The notes: generated from the letters alone by a model not told the origin. A stretch of DNA of 64,000 nt from an uncultured delta proteobacterium (GCA_963847445.1 CAWJZV010000014.1:1-64000); one strand, 5' to 3'; shown: positions 45,178-56,274, numbered from the stretch's first letter. Numbers and translations are program-made.

Positions 45178-46164
45178 TCAGATGTTCAATTCTTTAGATC
45201 GATCATACTCATGCCGTCCGCCCGCAGCCGCGCCCAGCGGAAAGATCCGCTCGATCTGCGCCAACTCTTCCACGGTCAACGAAATGTCCGCCGCCGCCGC
45301 GTTAGCTTCAAGATTGGCGATCTTATACGTGCCGGGAATCGGCACGAAGAAATCGCCCTGATGAAGAATCCACGCCAGCGCCAACTGCGCCGCCGTGCAT
45401 TTCTTCACGCTCGCTATCGCTTCCAGTTGTTTGAGCAGACTCGCGTTGTGTTGAAAATTCCCGGCGTGGAAGCGCGGCCCGCGCCGCTTGGCTTCCTTCT
45501 CACCGAGCTCGGCGAAGTCGTTCCACTTGCCGCTCAAGAATCCTCGTCCCAACGCATAGTAGGCGACATAACCGATGCCCAATTCGCGGCAAACCGGAAT
45601 GGTGTTGCTTTCGTAATCGCGCGTCCACAGGGAATATTCGCTCTGCACCGCCGTGATCGGATGCACCGCATTGGCGCGCCGCAGGGTTTCGGGTCCGGCC
45701 TCGCTCAAGCCGAGCTGGCGCACTTTGCCTTGCTCGACCAGCCGCCTCATCGCGCCGACGGTATCTTCAATCGGCACTTTCGGATCGACGCGATGAAGAT
45801 AATACAAATCGAGGTAGTCGGTTTGCAGCCGGCGCAACGAGTTGTCGCACGCCCACGCCACATACTCCGGCTTGCCTTCGACTTCTCTGCCTTCCGCCCA
45901 AGGCTGGCCGCGCAGATTGCCGAATTTGCTGGTCAGCACAACCGAGCCGCGCCGGCCCTTCAACACCTTGGCGAGGATCTCTTCATTGTTGCCGTTGTTG
46001 TGATCGGCGGTGTCAATGAAGTTCATGCCGATTTCGATGGCGCGATCGAGCACGGCGATCGCCTGGCGCTCGTCGGCGTCGCTCAGCTTGCCTTGAAACG
46101 GCGGACAGCCATAGCCGATGGCGGAAACTTTCAAACGATTCTTGCCGAGATAACGGTATTGCAT
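45178..46164 (-). CDS. Aldo/keto reductase
   Basis: VSAIGYGC, IDTAD, SLRRLQTDYLDLYYLHRVD, GLSEA, PIPGT. Confidence 0.92.
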   Translation of the reverse strand: MQYRYLGKNRLKVSAIGYGCPPFQGKLSDADERQAIAVLDRAIEIGMNFIDTADHNNGNNEEILAKVLKGRRGSVVLTSKFGNLRGQPWAEGREVEGKPEYVAWACDNSLRRLQTDYLDLYYLHRVDPKVPIEDTVGAMRRLVEQGKVRQLGLSEAGPETLRRANAVHPITAVQSEYSLWTRDYESNTIPVCRELGIGYVAYYALGRGFLSGKWNDFAELGEKEAKRRGPRFHAGNFQHNASLLKQLEAIASVKKCTAAQLALAWILHQGDFFVPIPGTYKIANLEANAAAADISLTVEELAQIERIFPLGAAAGGRHEYDRSKELNI

Positions 46165-46286
46165 GTGAGAGAACCTCCGAGCCGAGATAATGGTCCACAA
46201 GGATGTGAAAATTCAAGTTGCAACAACGCGATTTTCTGCTATCTATCGCGCAGCGCTGTATCCCACTCGGCGCCAGGGGAGGCCGG

Positions 46287-47309
46287 ATGAAGAACAAATC
46301 ATTACTGTGCTCATTGCTGTTGTCGTTCGGACTTTCGTTTACCGCCCAAGCCAAGGCACAAGAATCTTTCTTCAAAGGTAAAACCATCCGCGTCGTCGTT
46401 GGCGGCTCCGCTGGCGGCGGCTACGACACCTACACCCGGGTGATCTCGCGCCATATGGGCAAACATATCCCCGGCAATCCGACGTTCGTCGTCGACAACA
46501 TGCCCGGCGCCGGCAGCATCATCGCGGCCAACCATGTTTACAAGGTTTCCCGCCCCGACGGCCTCACCATGTGCCATCCGGTCGGCGGTATCATTTTGCA
46601 GAATGTATTGGGCAAAGCCGGTATCGAGTTCGACTCGCGGAAGTTTCACTACGTCGGCGCGCCGGCCCAAGACACTCTGTCGGTTGGCGTGGTCAAATCA
46701 GCCGGCATCGCCAGCATGGAGCAGTGGATCGCCAACAAGACGCCGGTCAAGTTCGGCGGCATCGGCCCCGGCACCGGCACCGACGATGTCGCCAAAGTGT
46801 TGCGCTACGCACTCGGCCTGCCGATTCAATTGGTCACCGGTTACAAAGGCACCGCAGACATCCGGCTGGCCGTGCAAAGCGGCGAGATGCAGGGGGTGGT
46901 GAATTCCTGGGAGTCGTTCAAATCGACCTGGTCCAAAGAGATCGAGACCGGATCAGTGAACGTCCTCCTCGTCACCATCCCCAAGCGCCATCCCGAACTC
47001 CCCAACGTGCCGTCCATCAGTGAGTATGTGAAGGCTGACGAAGCAAAGAAGATCGTCCAGGTCGCGGTTTACGATTACGGCGCCACCGCGCGGCCATACT
47101 TGCTGCCGCCTAACACTCCGAAAGAGCGCGTACAAATCCTGCGCAAGGCCTTGGCCGCGACGTTCAAAGATCCCGATTTCTTAGCCGACGCCCAGCGCGC
47201 CCGCCTGGATCTGAACCCGCTTAGCGGCGACGAGATGCAGGAGGCTGTCGAGCGTTTGTGGAAACTCGACAAACCGTTGGTGGAGAAGCTGAAGGAGATA
47301 CTGAAATAA
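46287..47309 (+). CDS. Bug/TctC substrate-binding protein
   Basis: FFKGKTIRVVVG, AGGGYD, NMPGAGS. Confidence 0.9.
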   Translation: MKNKSLLCSLLLSFGLSFTAQAKAQESFFKGKTIRVVVGGSAGGGYDTYTRVISRHMGKHIPGNPTFVVDNMPGAGSIIAANHVYKVSRPDGLTMCHPVGGIILQNVLGKAGIEFDSRKFHYVGAPAQDTLSVGVVKSAGIASMEQWIANKTPVKFGGIGPGTGTDDVAKVLRYALGLPIQLVTGYKGTADIRLAVQSGEMQGVVNSWESFKSTWSKEIETGSVNVLLVTIPKRHPELPNVPSISEYVKADEAKKIVQVAVYDYGATARPYLLPPNTPKERVQILRKALAATFKDPDFLADAQRARLDLNPLSGDEMQEAVERLWKLDKPLVEKLKEILK

Positions 47310-47330
47310 ATCGTCAGTCCGGTTACCTCC

Positions 47331-47966
47331 ATGTCCGATGGCTTCTTGAAATCGCTCACCGACAAAATCGCCCCGGCCCACACCGCCCTGCTGGTCGTCG
47401 ACGTCCAGAATGATTTTTGCCACGAAGACGGCTACGTCGCCAAGCAAGGGCTGAGCGTCGCGCCCGCCCAGGCGATCGTTGCCAATCTCACTCGTCTGAT
47501 CGCCGCCGCGCGCGAAACGAACGTCCCGGTGATCTTCGTGCAAGCGATTTACGACGACAAGTATCTCGCCGGACCATTCCTTGAGCACTTCAGCAAGGCC
47601 CGCGTGGCGCTGGCCCGCTGCGCCGAAGGCACTTGGGGCGCCGATTTTTACGGCGTCAAGCCGCTAGCAAGTGACCTGAGAATCGTCAAGTACCGTTACA
47701 GCCCGTTCGTCGGCACCGACATCGACGCGCTATTGAAGGAACGCAGCGTCAAGACACTGGTCATCACCGGCGTCACCACCAACGTCTGCGTTGAGTGCAC
47801 CGCCCGCGACGGCTTCATGCGCGACTACTACATCGTCCTGCCGTCGGACTGCGCCGCCAGCTACGACCGCGACTCCCACGACGCCGCGGTGAAAAACATC
47901 GCCCGCCACTTCGGCATGGTAACAGAGTCGAATGAGGTTATTCGTCTGTGGCACCGAGCAAAATGA
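47331..47966 (+). CDS. Isochorismatase-family cysteine hydrolase (RutB-like)
   Basis: ALLVVDVQNDF, KYRYS, GVTTNVCVE. Confidence 0.9.
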   Translation: MSDGFLKSLTDKIAPAHTALLVVDVQNDFCHEDGYVAKQGLSVAPAQAIVANLTRLIAAARETNVPVIFVQAIYDDKYLAGPFLEHFSKARVALARCAEGTWGADFYGVKPLASDLRIVKYRYSPFVGTDIDALLKERSVKTLVITGVTTNVCVECTARDGFMRDYYIVLPSDCAASYDRDSHDAAVKNIARHFGMVTESNEVIRLWHRAK

Positions 47967-48025
47967 TCGGTGGCAATCTTACCCCCCTCGCCCATTCCTG
48001 GGATGGTAGGGCACGCAATTAAATC

Positions 48026-48062
48026 ACCCCTCATCCTAACCTTCTCCCACAAGGGGAGAAGG
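48026..48062. repeat. Palindromic repeat CCCCTCATCCTAACCTTCTCCC..GGGAGAAGG
   Basis: Visible stem CCTTCTCCC-ACAAG-GGGAGAAGG. Confidence 0.6.
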
Positions 48063-48234
48063 AACGAAAATCTCGATTTTGAATTTGGCGCCTTCTCTTT
48101 TGTTTGGGACATGCTTTGAGAGATAACCCGTTTCCCCGGGAGAGCCACGACGAATCACATTGCGCCGAACTGCGAAAGTTTGTTAATACTCGCTCGAGAC
48201 TCTTGATATTGAACTCTGCGGGAGTAACAACCCC

Positions 48235-48957
48235 ATGCCCCAAGATAACGAACATCGCGGCCGCGTCGCCGTCATCACCGGAGGCAGCGGCGGTATCGGT
48301 GGCGCGATCGCGACACGTTTAACCGCCGAAGGCGCCATCGTCCATATCCTCGATGTAAAATCAGGCGCTGACAATTTGCGCTTTCATGCCGTCGATGTCG
48401 GCGACGAAGCTTCAGTCAATCGAATATTCGACGCCATCGGCGCCGAGCATGGCGCCATCGATTATTTGATCTGCTGCGCCGGCATCTACCGGCCGCAACC
48501 CTTTCTCGAACTCAGCCTCGACGCTTGGCGCCAGACGCTGCAAATTAATTTAACCGGCATGTTTCTCTGCTGCCGCGCCGCGCTCAAATACATGATGCCG
48601 CGCCAGTTCGGCCGCGTCGTTCTCTTCTCCTCCATGGCCGCGCGCACCGGCGGCAAGAATGTCGCCCACTACGCCGCGTCCAAAGGCGGCATACTCGGCC
48701 TCGCCCGCGCCCTCGCCGTCGAAGCCGCCGCCGACAACATCCGCGTCAACGCGATCTCGCCGGTGATCACCGATACCGCGATGCCGCGCGCCGTGGTGTC
48801 GGACGAATACATGCAGTCGCGCAAGAACCATATCCCGCTCGGCCGCATCGGCGACGTCCAGGACATGGTCGAAGCCTGTTTATTTTTATTGAGCGATGAC
48901 AGCTCCTACATCGTCGGCCAAGATCTGCGCGTCAACGGAGGGTCGACTTTATGGTGA
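48235..48957 (+). CDS. SDR family oxidoreductase
   Basis: TGGSGGIG, YAASK, VNAISP. Confidence 0.9.
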   Translation: MPQDNEHRGRVAVITGGSGGIGGAIATRLTAEGAIVHILDVKSGADNLRFHAVDVGDEASVNRIFDAIGAEHGAIDYLICCAGIYRPQPFLELSLDAWRQTLQINLTGMFLCCRAALKYMMPRQFGRVVLFSSMAARTGGKNVAHYAASKGGILGLARALAVEAAADNIRVNAISPVITDTAMPRAVVSDEYMQSRKNHIPLGRIGDVQDMVEACLFLLSDDSSYIVGQDLRVNGGSTLW

Positions 48958-49709
48958 TGCCCAACTCGCGCGTCACCGTCATCACCGGCGGCGGCAGCGG
49001 CATGGGACGGGCGACCGCACTGCGGTTGGCGCGCAATGGCGATCAAGTCTGCATTTGCGATCTGAATGCCGACGCGGTCAACGCCACGGCCGAGCTGATT
49101 CGCGCCGAGGCGGGCAGTGTATTTAGCGGCGTTGTCGACGTGCGCGAGCAAGCGCAAGTCATCGCGTGGATTGCCCAGGTGATTGAGAAATACGGCCAGA
49201 TCGATTGCCTGTTCAGCAACGCCGGCGTCAACGCCCGCGCCAAGGTCGCCAACATGACGCTGGCACAGTGGTCGCTGCTCATCGACACCCATGTCACCGG
49301 GACTTTCAATTTCTGCCAAGCGGTGCTGCGCCACATGGTGCCGAGACAAGCCGGCGCCATCGTCATCACCTCTTCGGATTTCGCCATTATTGGCGTGGCT
49401 AATGCCGCCAACTACTGCGCCGCCAAGACCGCGCTTTATTCGTTAACCAAATCGCTGGCGCTGGAATTCGCGCCGCATATTCGCGTCAACGCCATCGGCC
49501 CCGGCCCCATCGACACGCCGCTCTTGCGCGCCAATCGCACCCAAGAAGAGTTCGAAACCGCCCGGCGCACATTCGAGGGTCGCTTGCCGATAAAAAGATT
49601 AGGTCAACCGGAGGAAGTCGCCGCCGTGGTGGATTTCCTGCTCAGCGACCGCGCGTCGTTTATCACCGGCCAATTGCTCCAACCCAACGGCGGCCAAGTG
49701 ATGTGGTAA
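48951..49709 (+). CDS. SDR family oxidoreductase
   Basis: TGGGSGMG, SNAG, YCAAK, VNAIGPG. Confidence 0.9.
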   Translation: MVMPNSRVTVITGGGSGMGRATALRLARNGDQVCICDLNADAVNATAELIRAEAGSVFSGVVDVREQAQVIAWIAQVIEKYGQIDCLFSNAGVNARAKVANMTLAQWSLLIDTHVTGTFNFCQAVLRHMVPRQAGAIVITSSDFAIIGVANAANYCAAKTALYSLTKSLALEFAPHIRVNAIGPGPIDTPLLRANRTQEEFETARRTFEGRLPIKRLGQPEEVAAVVDFLLSDRASFITGQLLQPNGGQVMW

Positions 49710-49853
49710 GGAAGAGGGCGGAGGTCGACCACCGGTCGCCCCTACGACTCGCGAATCTATTTTGACGTCTTTTGCGTTCTTTGCGGCCACATTCTCCGAA
49801 TCCGAATTTTCTATGTGATCTTTGTGCCCTTTGTGGTTAATCATCCGACATCT

Positions 49854-51322
49854 TTACTTCAGCAGATAGCCGAACATCTCTCTCGCCTTGCGCACCACTT
49901 CCTGGCCCGGCGCGTTCACCTTGGGGAACTTGTCGCCCCACTCGAAGGGGCGGGTGGCGTCGATGATCATGCGCGAATTGGTAAAGTCGCGGATCTTTCT
50001 CTGGTCCGGCGTCAAGCGCGGATCGGCGGGCGTGCTGCGCATGCGCTTGACGATCTCGACGGAAGTTTCCGGATCGTAGCGCGACAAGGTCGCCCACATG
50101 AGCTGGTCGAAATTGGACACATCGATATCGTCGTCGACGACGATGACCATCTTCAAGCCGTAGACGCTGGAGCCGCAGCTCGACGCCAGGGTCGCCACTT
50201 GTTTGGCGTGGCCGGGATAGCGCTGCTTGATCGCCAGCGCCACCAGCATGCGCGACGCGCCGATCTCGTGCGGCCACACTTGCGTCACATCGGGGACGCC
50301 GGCGCTGCGCAGTTCGTTCTTGAGCATCGCCGAGCGCATGATCGCGCGGTAGCGCGCCATCTCGTCCGAGCCGCCGCCGATGGGCGGCACGCCGAGAATG
50401 ATCGGATCGTTGCGGTGATAGATCGCCTCGATTTCGAGCACCGGCTGCGCGCTCTCGTCCGAAGCGTAGTAGCCGGTCCACTCGCCGAAGGGCCCTTCGA
50501 ACTTGCGGTTGTCGTTATTGAGAAAGCCTTCGAAAACGATTTCCGAGTTGGCCGGAAACGGCAGACCGGTGATCTTGCCGCGCACCACTTCCACCGGCTT
50601 GCGGCGCATGCCGCCGACCACGTCGTACTCGCACACGCCGTAGGGATGTTCGGTGCCGGCCATGAAGAAAAACAGCGGATCGCCGCCCAACACCAGCGCG
50701 ATCGGCATGCGCTCGCCTTTGCGAAAATATTTCTGCCGGTGCATGTAGCCATGCTTGCCCGGGCACCATGAGCAAGCTGACGGTTTTCTTGTCTTGAATC
50801 ATCGCGCGGTAGCAGCCGGCGTTGATCCATTTCTCGTCCGGGTCCATGGTCACGGAATAACAGCCGGTGCCGATGTAGCGGCCGCCGTCGTCGCGATGCC
50901 ATACCGGCGTCGGGAATTTTTCGATATCGATGTCGTCTTTCTTGACGATGTTCTCGAACACCGGCCCGTTGTCGACAAACACCGGCGCCAGATGCTTCGC
51001 GTTGGTTTGATAGTGCGCGAAGTAAGCGTCGCTCAACTCTTGCTTGGTCAAGCCCTGGGGAAAACCGAAAGTCATGGCGCGCCGCTTGCCGGCAAAGGCA
51101 GTTGACGATCACGCGAAAGCCCTGCGGGCAGCCCGGCACATCGTCAAAGATCACCGCCGGCCCGTCGTCGGGCGGCACCACCACGTCGGTCGCCAACCCG
51201 ATCTCCTCCTGCCACGACGCGCCGCGCACGGTTTTGAGTTCGCCCAACTTCTCCGCCTCCGCCATCCACTCGCGCAGGTCGGTAAAAGCGATATGCGGTT
51301 GAATCTTTGAACTGTCGAACAT
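49854..51322 (-). CDS. UbiD family decarboxylase, two frameshifts
   Basis: DLREW, DGGRYIGT, GCYR, EGPFGEWTGY, VVDDDID, IIDATRP. Confidence 0.9.
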
Positions 51323-51452
51323 GGTCACCCCCGGGATCAGTGCAACGTCTTAGTCGTACCATATCGCCAAGAATCGTGTGTACTGTCAACTCCAAGGATC
51401 CGCCGCTGCAAAGGATCTTGCCTCTGAACCAAGGCCGTGCAAAGTTAACCCT

Positions 51453-52073
51453 ATGAAGATGGCAAATGATTTGCCGATATCGCGGCGCGGATTTCTGACC
51501 GCATCTCTAGTCGTGTCCGACGTCTTATTTAATCGGCTAGCGGGCAGCCTGGATGCCGTGGCGGCAACGGTCGGGATGGAGCCAACGCCGGCTTGCGCCG
51601 ATACCGACGACATCACGCCGCCGCAAACCGCGGGACCTTTCTACAAGCCGCGCTCGCCGGAACGAAAATCATTGCTTGAACCGGGCATCCAAGGGAGCAA
51701 AATCATTCTTGCAGGCACTGTTCGCTCGACCAAGTGCAAGCCGGTTCAAGGCGCCCTCGTTGACTTTTGGCAAGCCGACGGGAGCGGAGCGTACGACAAC
51801 GCCGGTTACAGGCTGCGCGGCCACCAGTTTGCCGACGGAGCCGGCAGATACCGCCTCGAGACCGTCGTGCCGGGCGTCTATCCCGGACGCACGCGTCATT
51901 TCCACGTGCGAGTCCAGGCGCCCAATCGCCCGGCTCTCACCACGCAACTCTACTTTCCCGGCGAGCCGGAAAACAAAAGAGACTTCATCTTCAATGCCAA
52001 ACTCGTCGTCGCCCTCGGCGGCTCAGCCGGCGCCAAGACCGCCAACTTCGACTTCGTATTGGATCTCGGCTAG
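51453..52073 (+). CDS. Intradiol ring-cleavage dioxygenase-like protein with twin-arginine signal
   Basis: SRRGFL, GPFY, WQADGSGAY, LRG, YPGRTRHFH. Confidence 0.85.
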   Translation: MKMANDLPISRRGFLTASLVVSDVLFNRLAGSLDAVAATVGMEPTPACADTDDITPPQTAGPFYKPRSPERKSLLEPGIQGSKIILAGTVRSTKCKPVQGALVDFWQADGSGAYDNAGYRLRGHQFADGAGRYRLETVVPGVYPGRTRHFHVRVQAPNRPALTTQLYFPGEPENKRDFIFNAKLVVALGGSAGAKTANFDFVLDLG

Positions 52074-52332
52074 AGCGTAATTAGCGATCAAGAAGAATCA
52101 ATCGAGCACCGACGTTTCTATAAACAAGACACCTCAGTCCGTGTTGGATGACGCAGGGTCGCGGCTGCTGGCGCTGCGCGCCGCAGCTGATGCTGGGCGT
52201 TGACCTCACCAAAGTGCCTTTAGATAACTCCCACTTTCAAACATCGGCCCGCACAATCAAAAATATTCCGCTCAAAAGCTATTGCAAGCAATCGCGATTC
52301 TGTTCACATTCCGCATTCGTCTCGAACGAATC

Positions 52333-53161
52333 TTAATGTCGATCCACCCATTCCCGGATGATCCGATTGGTCTCCTCCGGCTTGTGCCAGAAGAAGCCGT
52401 GACCGCAGCCGTCGATGACTTTCATCTCGGCGCCTTTGATGTTGTCGCGCAGGTGTTCGGTCGTGACCACATGGTTGCCGGTGTCGGCGTCGACTTTGTC
52501 CTCGCTGCCGACGATACACAGCGTCGGGGTGATAATTTTTGACAAGTATTCGCCGGTCTCATGGCGGTTGCGCGCGATCACATGCTCCAAGTAGGGCTCG
52601 ATTTTTGGCGCATTATCCCAAAAGGTTTTGAATAGCTCGGTCAGCACTTCCGGATGGGCTTTGACGAACGCCTCGGGGAAAAAGAACTTGCTCTGGAAGT
52701 GATGCCACATATGCTCTTTGTAGCCGCGCGTGATCAAACTCTCGGTGGCATTGACGGTCAAGCCGCGCGGATAGTCGGGCAAGTCCCATGGAACCCGAAC
52801 CGGACGCCGCCTGGATCATGCTGCGCACCCGTGTCGGATGATCGATGGCCATCCACTGGCACACCCGCCCGCCCATGGAGTGGCCGATGATATGCGCTGG
52901 CTCGCTGACGCCGATAGCGTCGAACAAATTGATCGCGTCCTGGGCAAACTGCCGGGTCGAGTACGGCCCCTTGGGTGCATCGGATTTGCCGACGCCGCGA
53001 TGATCGTAGACGATCACCCGGTAGCGATCGGCGAGCGCCGCCACCTGCTGCAACTTCCACGGCGCCCCCGGCCAGCCGGTGCCCGAGACGAATAGAAACG
53101 GCACGCCGCTGCCGAAGGATTCGTAGTGCAGTTTTACATCGCCTGCTTGTGCGTAGGGCAT
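52333..53161 (-). CDS. Alpha/beta hydrolase, frameshifted
   Basis: YDHRGVGKSD, GHSMGG, GSED, GHGFFW; paralog of the 32857 gene. Confidence 0.85.
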
Positions 53162-53179
53162 ATTGGTCGCTTCGCTCCT

Positions 53180-53345
53180 GGTTCAAATCGTTCAAGCCGT
53201 TCAACCGCTTCGCTCCGTTCAAGCCGTGGCCAGCTGTGCGGCTGTTCACGGTTCAAGGCTTCAAAGTTCAACGTGATCGGAGTTTCGGGATTGGAGTTTG
53301 GGTTTCGAGTTAAACCCGAAACACGCAACCCCAAACTCGAAACCT
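53180..53345. repeat. GTTCAA array plus inverted AACCCGA/AACTCGA heptamer arrays
   Basis: Directly visible short-period repeats. Confidence 0.7.
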
Positions 53346-53706
53346 ATTCCAATCGATAAAACCGTCGCGCGTTCTCGCCGCTGTCAAACCGGCGATTTTG
53401 ACAAGACGCCGTGATACACCATGCCGGTAAACGGCGATCATCAGTTGAATGTCGGCGCAGGATTCGAAGGAGAGCGAGGAACTATGTTAAAGCACAACCG
53501 CAGCCTTTGCGGCGATCGCACAGTTGCTGAGCGCGTTACCATGGCCACCATGGCAGCGGCAAGCAGCCAGCGAACTCGACCACCATCCGCATCGCCCACA
53601 ACGGCTACTCCAGCGAGATGGCGTCGATTAATAATTTTTGCACAGGATTACCCTCCGACAAACGTTTCAATAACAAGCGCATTTCCGCGGCGATTTCCTG
53701 CTCGCC

Positions 53707-54702
53707 CTACGGAATAAACATGACTTCGATAAATTTGAGCGCCTCCTTGGGAAAAATCCCGAGCTCGACGCTTTCTCGCAAATAACGTTTCTCGATATCG
53801 AGATTGGCTTTGTCCGGCCAGGAAAAATCTTTCGGCAGAAAGAACTGTTTAGTGCGCGGCCAGCCGATCTTCAGTTCGTCCTCAGTTTCCAAACCGAACA
53901 ATCGCTTGGCATGTTTGCGAAAATGGACCTCGTCGTCTTGCACGCCCTTGATCATCTCGCTCCAGGCCGCCCGGATCTTCGGCATCAGTGCGGCGTTCTT
54001 GGCAGCCCATGATTCTGACGTGCCGAGCCAGCCGAGCAGTTTGACTTTGGTGTTGAGGATCCGGTTCAACTCATCGCGCGGCGTCACCAGCACGCGATAT
54101 TTGCCGGTGGCGAGCAGCTTTGAGGCATGAGCCTCCCATGTGTAGCCGGCTTCGACTTCGCCCCGCTCGAGCGTTGCGCTGATTCCCGGGGCGCCGAGTT
54201 TCTTCAATTGGAAGAATTTTTCGATCTGAATACCGTCCTTTTTCATCATGTAATCGAAGTTGTTGTAAGCCGACGTCACTTCGGGCGGCATGGCGAACGG
54301 TTTGTCCTTCAAATCTTTGAGATTTTTGTAAGGCGCGTCTTTGCGCACGAGTATCGAGTTGTGCGGCGTTTGATAGGGACTGATTAAGCGCAGCGCGATA
54401 TCGCTCAAATTGGCCCGCACCGCCGACTCTGCGGTCGAGATGCCCAAATGCACGGTGCCGAAAGCGACCAGCTTTTCGGCCTCCGCGAGTGCCGCCCAGC
54501 GCGGCTTGACGATAAAGCCATGCTTGCGGTCGATGCCCTTGTCCATCAAGTACTGCCCGCCTAGACCGAACATGCCGTCTTCCGGTAGCGCGACTTCGAG
54601 GGTCGGCAGCTCCGAGGCTTGCCCAGCCACGGAAATTTCCGCAAACGCCGCCGTCAGCGCAAGCGCGCACACCGACGCAATAATCGAGTTAAGCCTTCTC
54701 AT
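53707..54702 (-). CDS. NMT1/SsuA-like ABC substrate-binding protein
   Basis: Signal peptide, ILVRKDAPYKNLKDLKDK, LERGEVEA..WE. Confidence 0.85.
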   Translation of the reverse strand: MRRLNSIIASVCALALTAAFAEISVAGQASELPTLEVALPEDGMFGLGGQYLMDKGIDRKHGFIVKPRWAALAEAEKLVAFGTVHLGISTAESAVRANLSDIALRLISPYQTPHNSILVRKDAPYKNLKDLKDKPFAMPPEVTSAYNNFDYMMKKDGIQIEKFFQLKKLGAPGISATLERGEVEAGYTWEAHASKLLATGKYRVLVTPRDELNRILNTKVKLLGWLGTSESWAAKNAALMPKIRAAWSEMIKGVQDDEVHFRKHAKRLFGLETEDELKIGWPRTKQFFLPKDFSWPDKANLDIEKRYLRESVELGIFPKEALKFIEVMFIP

Positions 54703-55481
54703 GATAAGACCTCGTCTTTTTCAATTAGTTTGAGGACAATGCTCAACAACTGTTTTTTGAACCGAATGAACTGGACGTCGTCGACGTCGCGCAGGCCCGG
54801 CGGCAAGGGGTTTTCGAGGATCTCGACGATGCGCGCCGGCCGCGCTCGGAGAATCACGATGCGGTCGCCCATGTAGGCGGCTTCTTCGACATCGTGGGTC
54901 ACCATCACCGTGGTCTGCTTCAAACGGGCACAGATGGCGAGCGACTCTTCGCGCAGACGGCGCGCGGTCAATTGATCGAGTTTGCTGAACGGCTCGTCCA
55001 TCAGCAGCACTTCCGGTTCGATCACCAGACCGCGCGCCAGGCCGACACGCTGGCGCATGCCGCCGGAAAGATAGAGTGGGAACTGATTGCGGAACTCGGC
55101 CAGACCGACCAGGCTCAGATACTTGTCCAGGCGCTCCGGCCACTGTGCTGGCGGAATACTCATGCCTTTCAGAGCAAAGGTCAAATTCTGTTCGACACTC
55201 TTCCAGTTGAGCAAGCGCGCGTCCTGAAACACGTAGCCGAGCAGCGCCGCGCTTCGCGCCGACGCGTTGCCGTTGCCGATCACTTCAATCTTGCCCTGAT
55301 CGAGTCTTTCGAGACCGGAAATGGCGTTGAGCAGCGTCGATTTGCCGCAGCCCGACGGACCCAAGAGACAGGTAATACCGAACTCTTTGGTGTCGAAGGA
55401 AACCTTGTCGAGCACCAACATGTCCGAGCCGTCTTCGCGGGAGAAATATTTGACGGCATTTTCGACGTGAACGTAGGCCAT
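54699..55481 (-). CDS. ABC transporter ATP-binding protein (SsuB/TauB-like)
   Basis: GPSGCGKST, LSGGMRQR, LLMDEPF, VTHD. Confidence 0.92.
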   Translation of the reverse strand: MAYVHVENAVKYFSREDGSDMLVLDKVSFDTKEFGITCLLGPSGCGKSTLLNAISGLERLDQGKIEVIGNGNASARSAALLGYVFQDARLLNWKSVEQNLTFALKGMSIPPAQWPERLDKYLSLVGLAEFRNQFPLYLSGGMRQRVGLARGLVIEPEVLLMDEPFSKLDQLTARRLREESLAICARLKQTTVMVTHDVEEAAYMGDRIVILRARPARIVEILENPLPPGLRDVDDVQFIRFKKQLLSIVLKLIEKDEVLS

Positions 55482-55649
55482 CGTCTTATTCGTTCAAACC
55501 GTTCAACCACTCCGTTCCGTTCGCTCAAAACCGAAACGGTGGATGCAAGGATATGCGAGATCGAGCAAGATGACATCGCGAAAGGCTGGGCGATAACGTG
55601 CTGGTCAATTTTCTCGAAATGGATATTGACTATACTCACATCGGCATGA

Positions 55650-56010
55650 TCGCCCGCGACGGCAGTGTAGGCGCTAATCTCCGACAAGCCGAAGAACATG
55701 ATCGCCATCACCGCCCAAACCAACCCCGGCATGGTGAGTCCGAGAATCACCGGCGGCTCGAAGAAGCTTTCCAGGTTCGTCACTGTGCCCATCAGGACGC
55801 CAAGCGGAGATGGCGACATTCATGGCGACGTGGAATCCGACACCGATACGGCGCAAGGTTGCGCCCATCCAGAAAAGAATTGGCGGTAAAGACGAGCGAA
55901 ATCACTTCGGAAAAAGTCGCCGACGGCGAGCGGCATCGAGACTTGGCGGAAAGAAAACTGTCTGATCCGTCAGACGGCGATCATCGCCAGGATGACCGGC
56001 CGCGTAAAAG
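55650..56010 (-). pseudogene. Truncated ABC permease (SsuC-like) remnant; limits approximate
   Basis: ATLRRIGVGF..LGVLMG..GLTMPGLVW..FGLSE fragments; C-terminal half missing. Confidence 0.65.
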
Positions 56011-56274
56011 AAAGGTCATCGAAGCCGCCATGTCTTTGCGGCGCCCGGCGCGGTGCCGAAAGATGCGTACGTCCGCCGCAGCGCCGACTCGCGCCGAGAA
56101 CCAGGGACTTTTCTTCCCGTGCCATGATGTAGGGGAATCTATGGTTAATGGGTTTTTCTGTCAATAAGGATTCGGCCGGGAGCCCAGCGGCTAACGCTTG
56201 ATGAGCGAGGCGGAGATCGGTTAATGTCGCCGCTCGACGAAACTGGAGTGCTGGAGTAATGGAGTACTGGGTTT

